A stretch of 14,976 nt of DNA from Fidelibacterota bacterium (GTDB lineage Bacteria; Fidelibacterota; Marinisomatia; Marinisomatales; S15-B10): assembly GCA_046861655.1 (NCBI GenBank), contig JBHIAI010000037.1, forward strand, positions 1 through 14,976, in the 5' to 3' direction. Positions 7,142 through 13,092 of this stretch are shown one piece after another. Below the pieces are notes generated by a model. That model was not told where the DNA came from, ran no database searches, and worked only from the letters and a program-made list of their open reading frames with translations. Position numbers and translations under genes: made by a program. Within the stretch, counting starts at the first letter, position 1; each line of letters opens with the position of its first letter.

Positions 7142-8686
7142 CTATTCCCACTCAATGGTGCTGGGAGGCTTTGAACTCACGTCGTACACAACCCGGTTCA
7201 CCCCGGTGACCCGGTTGACGATCTCGGTGGAAATCTCGTTCAAGATATGGGGATCCATTCGGTACCAGTCCGCCGTCATCCCGTCCACACTGGTGACCGC
7301 GCGAATGGCGATCAGATTCCCGTAGCTCCTGTGGTCACCCATCACCCCCACCGTCCTCACAGGAATCAGGACGCAGAAAGCCTGCCAGATGTCGTCATAG
7401 ATACCCTTCTCCTTGAGGGTTCGAATCAACAGGTCGTCCGCTTTCCTGAGCATACCCACCCTTCTGGGTGTTACTTCCCCGATGATACGTACCGCCAGTC
7501 CCGGACCGGGAAATGGATGGCGGCCAAGGATGGTGGAGGGAATACCCAGTGTCTTGCCAACTTCACGCACTTCGTCCTTGAAAAGTTCCCGCAGCGGTTC
7601 GATCAACTCGAAGGCCATCCCTTCAGGAAGGCCGCCCACGTTGTGGTGGGTCTTTATGACATCGGCCGATCCTGAGGTCCCTCCACTCTCTATCACGTCG
7701 GGGTAAAGAGTGCCCTGCGCCAGAAAGGAGACCGAACCAAACGATCGTCCGATTTCCTCGAACGATCGAATGAACTGTTCCCCGATAATGGCTCGCTTCC
7801 GTTCGGGATCGGTGACCCCCTTGAGCCGGTCAAGAAACCGGCGGGAGTGATCGGCATAGCGAACGGGGAGGTGTAGACCCGCTTCCAGAGTTTTCCTGAT
7901 CCTTTCCCCCTCACCCTGCCTCAGGAGACCGTGGTCCACCACGACCGCTTTGAGCTGATCTTCGATGGCCGTGAACAGAAGTTTGGCCACAACCGAGGAA
8001 TCTACCCCGCCACTTACCCCACAAATAACGGTTTCGTTACCCACCTTTTTCCGAACCCGTTCCCGGGTCTCATCAATAAAGGACCCCGGTGTCCAATCTC
8101 CCCGGCACCCCGAGATCGAAAAGAGGAAATTCTCCAGCATCTTCTTCCCTTCACGGGTGTGTACGACCTCCGGATGAAACTGGGTGCCGAACAACGGCCG
8201 GGAGGCATGTTCTACAGCCGCCACCACGTCGCCCATGGACTGGGCGGATATCATCCACCCGTCAGGAAGTGACTCCACCCGGTCGCCATGGCTCATCCAC
8301 ACCTGGGTTTCACGGTCCACACCTTCCAGGAGCTTGCTCCCGTTTGACCGACGGATCCGGGCCAGGCCGTACTCGCCGTGACCGTCCGAATGAACCCTTC
8401 CCCCGAAATGGGAAACCATGAGTTGGAGCCCGTAGCAGATACCCAGAACGGGCATATCCAGATCGAATATGCCGGAATCAAACGCCGGAGCCTCGTCGCT
8501 GTTCACGCTGGACGGCCCTCCCGAAAGGATAAGGGCTGCGGGACCGGTCTCCACCACCTCTTCCGACGAAATGGAATGGGGTACAATCCGGGAAAAGACG
8601 TGGTGTTCCCTCACCCTGCGGGCGATGAGCTGAGTGTACTGGGACCCGAAATCGAGAATGAGAACGATCTGTCTAAGATTTTCCAT
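7142..8686 (-). CDS. guaA: GMP synthase (glutamine-hydrolysing), 514 aa
   Basis: LDFGSQYTQLIARRVRE, GICYG, MSHGD, QFHPEV, SGGVDS, IKTHHNVGG, RHPFPGPGLA and C-terminal KPPSTIEWE. Confidence 0.98.
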   Translation of the reverse strand: MENLRQIVLILDFGSQYTQLIARRVREHHVFSRIVPHSISSEEVVETGPAALILSGGPSSVNSDEAPAFDSGIFDLDMPVLGICYGLQLMVSHFGGRVHSDGHGEYGLARIRRSNGSKLLEGVDRETQVWMSHGDRVESLPDGWMISAQSMGDVVAAVEHASRPLFGTQFHPEVVHTREGKKMLENFLFSISGCRGDWTPGSFIDETRERVRKKVGNETVICGVSGGVDSSVVAKLLFTAIEDQLKAVVVDHGLLRQGEGERIRKTLEAGLHLPVRYADHSRRFLDRLKGVTDPERKRAIIGEQFIRSFEEIGRSFGSVSFLAQGTLYPDVIESGGTSGSADVIKTHHNVGGLPEGMAFELIEPLRELFKDEVREVGKTLGIPSTILGRHPFPGPGLAVRIIGEVTPRRVGMLRKADDLLIRTLKEKGIYDDIWQAFCVLIPVRTVGVMGDHRSYGNLIAIRAVTSVDGMTADWYRMDPHILNEISTEIVNRVTGVNRVVYDVSSKPPSTIEWE

Positions 8687-9452
8687 TGACGAATACGTCC
8701 CACAGCGTCAAAGCCTTGAGCGAGTCAAAATGAGTGAGGTTGTAGTGCAACGGAGTTACCGACACAAAATGGTTCCTCAGGGCCGTGTCGTCACAGTCTG
8801 CGTCATCCCCGGATTTTACCATCCGTCCCGACATCCAGTAGTAGGTTCGCTGTCGGGGATCTTCCCTTCTGTCAAAGTCCTCCTCGTAGTAGCTCATTCC
8901 CTGGCGCGTCAACCGGATCCCCCTGATCTCCTCCTCGGGGACCCCTGGCACGTTCACGTTCAGGGCCGTTCCTGGGGGCAACCCATGAGCGAAAACCATC
9001 TCCGTAAATCGACGGGCTATCTTGGCCGCATACGAATACTCGGGATCCACCCACGCATCCAGGGAAACGGCCATGGAAGGTATACCCAGGAGAACACCTT
9101 CTGTGGCCGCAGAAACCGTGCCCGAGTAGAGTATGCTCATCCCCACGTTGGCTCCCCGGTTGATTCCCGAAACAATCATGTCGGGCCGCCGTTTCAACAG
9201 GGCCTTGACGCCCAGCTTCACACAGTCCGCAGGTGTTCCGCCGACGGCATGCCCGGAAAATCCGTCCTTCCGGGCTACCGACCTCACCTTGATGGGGTCG
9301 GAAATAGTGATGGCATGACCCACAGCACTTTTCTCCGTTTCCGGCGCCACCACGATCCGTTCCCCCAGGCCTTCGAGGGCCCGGTACAGCTCCAGGATAC
9401 CCCGGGTATAGATTCCGTCATCGTTGGTCACCAGGATGAGGCGCTCAGACAT
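8673..9452 (-). CDS. surE: 5'/3'-nucleotidase SurE, about 259 aa
   Basis: ILVTNDDGI, GTPADCV, SGINRGANVG, YSGTVSAA and VSVTPL. Start taken as ATG at 9452 (MSERLILV); ATG at 9461 is an alternative. Confidence 0.96.
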   Translation of the reverse strand: MSERLILVTNDDGIYTRGILELYRALEGLGERIVVAPETEKSAVGHAITISDPIKVRSVARKDGFSGHAVGGTPADCVKLGVKALLKRRPDMIVSGINRGANVGMSILYSGTVSAATEGVLLGIPSMAVSLDAWVDPEYSYAAKIARRFTEMVFAHGLPPGTALNVNVPGVPEEEIRGIRLTRQGMSYYEEDFDRREDPRQRTYYWMSGRMVKSGDDADCDDTALRNHFVSVTPLHYNLTHFDSLKALTLWDVFVNGKS

Positions 9453-10305
9453 GTTTCCCATCTTTCACAGACCCAAAATCGAGAAGCTGGGAAAGAACCT
9501 GCTTCATTTCCCTCCGGTGGACCACTCGATCGACGAATCCCTTTTCAAGAAGGAATTCGGCTCGCTGGAATCCATCGGGGAGTTCCTCGCCGATGGTCTG
9601 CTTGATTACCCGGGGACCGGCAAACCCGATCAGGGCACCGGGTTCTGCCAGAATAAGATCCCCCAGCATGGCGTAGCTTGCGGTCACGCCGCCGGCGGTG
9701 GGATCGCTCAGGATGGAAATGTGCATTCCCCCGGCTTCCGAAAAGCGGGCAAGCTTTGCGGAGGTCTTGGCCATCTGCATCAGGGAGAATATTCCCTCCT
9801 GCATCCTGGCGCCACCTGAAGCCGAAATGGTGATGAGAGGAAGGGAATTCTCCATGGCCAGGTCGATGGCCCTGGACAGCTTCTCTCCAACCACCGACCC
9901 CATGCTGCCTCCTATGAACGAGAAGTCCATGATGGCCAGGACGACCTCATGGCCGTCCAGAAACCCTCTGAAGGTGGACATCACCTCCTTCCTGCCGGAG
10001 GCCTTCATAGCCCTTGCGAGCTGGTCGGTGTATTTCTTCCTCGCCTTGAATCCGAGGGGATCGGCCGATCTCAGGTTGGGATTGAGTTCCTCATAGGATC
10101 CTTCTTCCATCAACATGTGGAGATAACCGTCGGGGGAAAGCCGAAAATGATACTGACACCTGGGACATACCCACAGGGATTTCCTCAGTTCCCTGCGGTA
10201 GAGAATCTCCTCACACCCCTTGCACTTCTCCCACAGGCCGTCAGGAATGCTCTTCTTCCTGGTGGTGGTGAGTTTCTCCTTCTGTCGCTTGAACCAGGCT
10301 GACAT
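9445..10305 (-). CDS. accD: Acetyl-CoA carboxylase carboxyltransferase beta subunit, 286 aa
   Basis: PDGLWEKC with zinc finger CKGC...CPRC, MDFSFIGGSMGSVVGEK, SGGARMQEG, EPGALIGFAGPRVI and FQRAEFLLEKG. Confidence 0.97.
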   Translation of the reverse strand: MSAWFKRQKEKLTTTRKKSIPDGLWEKCKGCEEILYRRELRKSLWVCPRCQYHFRLSPDGYLHMLMEEGSYEELNPNLRSADPLGFKARKKYTDQLARAMKASGRKEVMSTFRGFLDGHEVVLAIMDFSFIGGSMGSVVGEKLSRAIDLAMENSLPLITISASGGARMQEGIFSLMQMAKTSAKLARFSEAGGMHISILSDPTAGGVTASYAMLGDLILAEPGALIGFAGPRVIKQTIGEELPDGFQRAEFLLEKGFVDRVVHRREMKQVLSQLLDFGSVKDGKHV

Positions 10306-10306
10306 A

Positions 10307-10405
10307 TCAGATCAATTTCCACAATCCGTGCGACATTTCCAAAACCTCAGGCCGCCGATCCGGGATCCGTTGGCAGTTGACGGGAGAAGATGGGGAATCA
10401 AGCAT
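10307..10405 (-). CDS. Putative small ORF (32 aa) spanning the tsaB-accD spacer
   Basis: ATG at 10405 overlaps the tsaB stop (TGATG). It reads MLDSPSSPVNCQRIPDRRPEVLEMSHGLWKLI and stops at TGA 10309-10307, 1 nt before the accD ATG. No homology recognised; support is positional only. Confidence 0.3.
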   Translation of the reverse strand: MLDSPSSPVNCQRIPDRRPEVLEMSHGLWKLI

Positions 10406-11058
10406 CACCGGATTCCAGGACTGAAATGGGATACGTACCGGGGTTCCAGGCCGTGGAAATCGACCTGCTTGATGCCATCAAAATCGACGAGAGCCACTTC
10501 TCCCACACCGCGAGCCGATGGCTGAACCGTCACTGTCTCCGCTGGCAAACGCACCTCATCCAAAAGATTCTCGCATCCGTACTGATAGACAACCGCCTGG
10601 TCCGGGACCGTCTTCTGGACCTCCTTCCAGCGGACTGAGAACGGCCCTGAACCGGGAACCGGCCGGTCTCCTCTTAAGAAGAAATCCTGGACGTATACGA
10701 AATCCCTGTGGGAATGAAGCAGGCACCGAATCATGCCGTCGGGGCCCGAGGCGGCGTGAACCATGGCCTCAAGGGTGGGCACAGGAGCGAGAGGGAGGTC
10801 CGAACTGAAAGCAAGACCCTTCGCGAAACTCAGACCGATTCTCAGTCCCGTAAACGAACCCGGTCCGATGGAAACCGCAATGCCATGCAACTCCTTCAGG
10901 GTTACCTGACGGCTTTCCAACAAACGGTCGGTGTAAAGGGGGAGCATTTCCGCGTGCTGGCGACCTATCTCCTTCTCCTCAATCCCATGCAGTTTTCCCT
11001 CGAGGAACAGGGCAACCCCGCAAACGGAAGAGGCCGTCTCAACTGCCAGCAGATTCAT
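10405..11058 (-). CDS. tsaB: tRNA threonylcarbamoyladenosine biosynthesis protein TsaB (YeaZ), 217 aa
   Basis: MNLLAVETAS..CGVAL, HAEMLP and AVSIGPGSFTGLRIGLSFAKGLA; lies directly after tsaE. Confidence 0.95.
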   Translation of the reverse strand: MNLLAVETASSVCGVALFLEGKLHGIEEKEIGRQHAEMLPLYTDRLLESRQVTLKELHGIAVSIGPGSFTGLRIGLSFAKGLAFSSDLPLAPVPTLEAMVHAASGPDGMIRCLLHSHRDFVYVQDFFLRGDRPVPGSGPFSVRWKEVQKTVPDQAVVYQYGCENLLDEVRLPAETVTVQPSARGVGEVALVDFDGIKQVDFHGLEPRYVSHFSPGIR

Positions 11059-11485
11059 GAGGGGTCCAGCCTCCGATTCTGATTTCCCGCACCGATTCCG
11101 AGGAGGCGGTCAGTCGGACGCTCAAGGCCCCTTCGGGGATAAGATCAGGAAAACGGTCTGCCCACTCAATCGCCGCGATTCCATTTCCCAAGAGATAGTG
11201 GTCAAGACCAAGATTGACCAGTTCCCGCGGCGATTCGAGCCGGTAGAAATCGAGATGGTACAGCGTCACGCGACCCTCGTATTCGCTTACCAGTTTGAAG
11301 GTGGGGGAGTTCACAACATCGGGGATTCCTAGGCCCTGGGCCAAACCCTGAATGAATGTCGTCTTTCCACTGCCCAACTCTCCTTCCAGGGCAACCACGT
11401 CGCCAGGACTCAGGGATCGAGCAAACCGGGAAGCAATCTCACGGGTCTCCTCCGGAGAGCCGGAAGTGAGCGTTTTGAAGGCCAT
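11039..11485 (-). CDS. tsaE: tRNA threonylcarbamoyladenosine biosynthesis ATPase TsaE (YjeE), 148 aa
   Basis: Walker A GELGSGKTT, SPTF, YHLDFYRL and IEWA. The start overlaps the upstream stop as TAATG at 11483-11487. Confidence 0.96.
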   Translation of the reverse strand: MAFKTLTSGSPEETREIASRFARSLSPGDVVALEGELGSGKTTFIQGLAQGLGIPDVVNSPTFKLVSEYEGRVTLYHLDFYRLESPRELVNLGLDHYLLGNGIAAIEWADRFPDLIPEGALSVRLTASSESVREIRIGGWTPHESAGS

Positions 11486-13041
11486 TACCTGGGGGAGAGG
11501 GTAAACAGGGGGATCAGCATCTCCTCCAAGGAGATACCCCCATGTTGAAAGCTGCCTTCGTACAGCCTCAGGTACTTGTGATACTGGGTGGGATAGACGA
11601 AATAGACGTCCTCTTTCGCCACCAGATAATTGGTTCCCGTTGTCATTTCAGGCAGGAAGTAATCCCCGGGTCGCTTGATCACGAGGGCATGTTTGGGGGA
11701 ACAGTTGAGATTGCGTCCGTACTTGTAACGAACACCGGCAGAAGTTTCCCTGTCCGCCACAATCTGCACTCCATTGTGAACCCGGATGCTCCCGTGATCG
11801 GTGGTGAGAATGATTCTGCGGTGCATATCGCACAACGTTTTCAGCATCTCGTACAGCCACGAGTTTTCGAACCACGTCCGTACCGTGGAACGGTACCCCC
11901 CTTCATCGGGCATCATCTCCAGCAGAATCTCAGATTCAGACCGGCGGTGGGTGAGCAGATCGACGAAATTCACCACCAGGGCGATCAAGGACGTGTCCTG
12001 ATACTCTTTCAGGTGGCGAAGAAAACCAGTGCCTTCACTGGATACGTTGACTTTGGAGTAGACAGCCGACACACTGCCCAAACCCGAACGGGAGAGGGCT
12101 GTCGTCATCAGGTCGGACTCAAACCGGTTCAGGCTCTGATCACTGCCGGCCATGGCGTGCCACCTTGCCGGTTCCTTTTTCTGTATGTCGGACAGAAATC
12201 TGGCGCTAAAGATGGCGTTCCGGCTAAAGGGCGTGGCAGATGGGAGAAGGGAGATATGGAAGTCAAGATGGACCCGGAAAAAGCGTTGGACTTCATTCAC
12301 GATGGTGAGAGCCTGATCAAGGCGAAGACAGTCTACTACCAGAAGAAAGACCTTCTCCCCCGCCTTCAACACCGGTACCACAACCTCCGGAAGGATGTCG
12401 GGAGAAAGGGTTGGCCGCTTGTCCGGGGAGGAATGAAGCCAATCCAGATAATTTTCTTCAACAAACCGGACGAATTTTCGATTCGCGTCCTTCAATTGTC
12501 CGTTCAGAATGGGTCCCAGACCCAGATCTTTGCGCTCGTCAAGTTCCAACTCCCACTGGACCAGCTTCAAGTACAGGCTCCACCAGTCGGCAACGGTGAG
12601 GTCGGCGGACAGGGACGTCTCGATTTCCCTGAACTCTTTCAGGTACGTGGAAGCAGCCTTCTCATCAATGATCTGTTCTCCCTCAAGAGTCTTCTTGCAG
12701 GCCAGGAAGACCTGACTGGGATTCACGGGTTTGGTGAGGTAGTCCGTAATCTTCTCTGCCAGGGCCTCGTCCATCAGCCACTCCTCTTCGCTCTTGGTGA
12801 TCATGATGACGTCCAGCGTCGGACGGGCCTCTTTGATCTCCTTCAGGGTAGCGATGCCATCCAGTCCCGGCATCATTTCATCAAGGAGAACAAGATCGAA
12901 GTCTGTATCCTGAACGGCAGAGACGGCGTCTCTGCCGTTCGTGACCTGATTCACATCGTACCCACGTTCCTCCAGGTACAGGATGTGTGGTTTCAGCAGT
13001 TCGATCTCGTCATCGACCCAGAGTATCCGGCCTCTATCCAA
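11485..13041 (-). CDS. porX: PorX-like bifunctional response regulator: receiver domain plus PglZ/alkaline-phosphatase-superfamily domain, 518 aa
   Basis: Receiver domain ILWVDDE, LLDEMMPG (phosphoacceptor D54), MITKSEEE and YLTKP; PglZ motifs VVDCLRLDQ, LLPSATPFSRNAIFS, NFVDLLTH, TTDHGS, RYKYGRNL and FQHGGISLEEMLIP. TTG start with AAGGAGG 6 nt upstream. Followed by tsaE, as is known for Bacteroidota porX. Confidence 0.9.
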   Translation of the reverse strand: MDRGRILWVDDEIELLKPHILYLEERGYDVNQVTNGRDAVSAVQDTDFDLVLLDEMMPGLDGIATLKEIKEARPTLDVIMITKSEEEWLMDEALAEKITDYLTKPVNPSQVFLACKKTLEGEQIIDEKAASTYLKEFREIETSLSADLTVADWWSLYLKLVQWELELDERKDLGLGPILNGQLKDANRKFVRFVEENYLDWLHSSPDKRPTLSPDILPEVVVPVLKAGEKVFLLVVDCLRLDQALTIVNEVQRFFRVHLDFHISLLPSATPFSRNAIFSARFLSDIQKKEPARWHAMAGSDQSLNRFESDLMTTALSRSGLGSVSAVYSKVNVSSEGTGFLRHLKEYQDTSLIALVVNFVDLLTHRRSESEILLEMMPDEGGYRSTVRTWFENSWLYEMLKTLCDMHRRIILTTDHGSIRVHNGVQIVADRETSAGVRYKYGRNLNCSPKHALVIKRPGDYFLPEMTTGTNYLVAKEDVYFVYPTQYHKYLRLYEGSFQHGGISLEEMLIPLFTLSPR

Positions 13042-13047
13042 TAAGAG

Positions 13048-13054
13048 CCTCCTT
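13048..13054 (-). promoter_or_regulatory. Shine-Dalgarno site for the porX-like gene
   Basis: Minus strand reads AAGGAGG-ctctta-TTG: a consensus SD with 6-nt spacing. Confidence 0.85.
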
Positions 13055-13059
13055 TTTTC

Positions 13060-13088
13060 AGTTTATGTTGACTTACCGAAAAGGTGAA
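13060..13088 (-). promoter_or_regulatory. Possible sigma70-type internal promoter upstream of porX
   Basis: Minus strand TTCACC (13088-13083), 17 nt, TAAACT (13065-13060) in an AT-rich 51-nt spacer. Each hexamer matches the consensus at 4/6 positions. Confidence 0.35.
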
Positions 13089-13092
13089 AGGA

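Noticed and set aside
10316..10336. Resemblance of mini-ORF HGLWK to AccD DGLWEK, as a possible duplicated accD 5' fragment
   Set aside because: The match covers only a few codons and is compatible with chance.
10351..10374. GATC-containing inverted repeat (gccgccgatccgggatccgttggc) as a terminator
   Set aside because: The core stem is short and mismatched, with no adjacent U-tract.
11485..13041. BREX phage-defence system suggested by the PglZ domain
   Set aside because: PglZ is fused to a receiver domain as in PorX, and no brxC, pglX, brxL or brxA genes are present; the context is housekeeping.
11542..13044. 500-aa plus-strand ORF antisense to porX
   Set aside because: It is exactly codon-registered with porX. 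An antisense stop needs TTA, CTA or TCA sense codons, which are rare in GC3-rich genes. No recognisable motifs, so it is treated as a shadow ORF.
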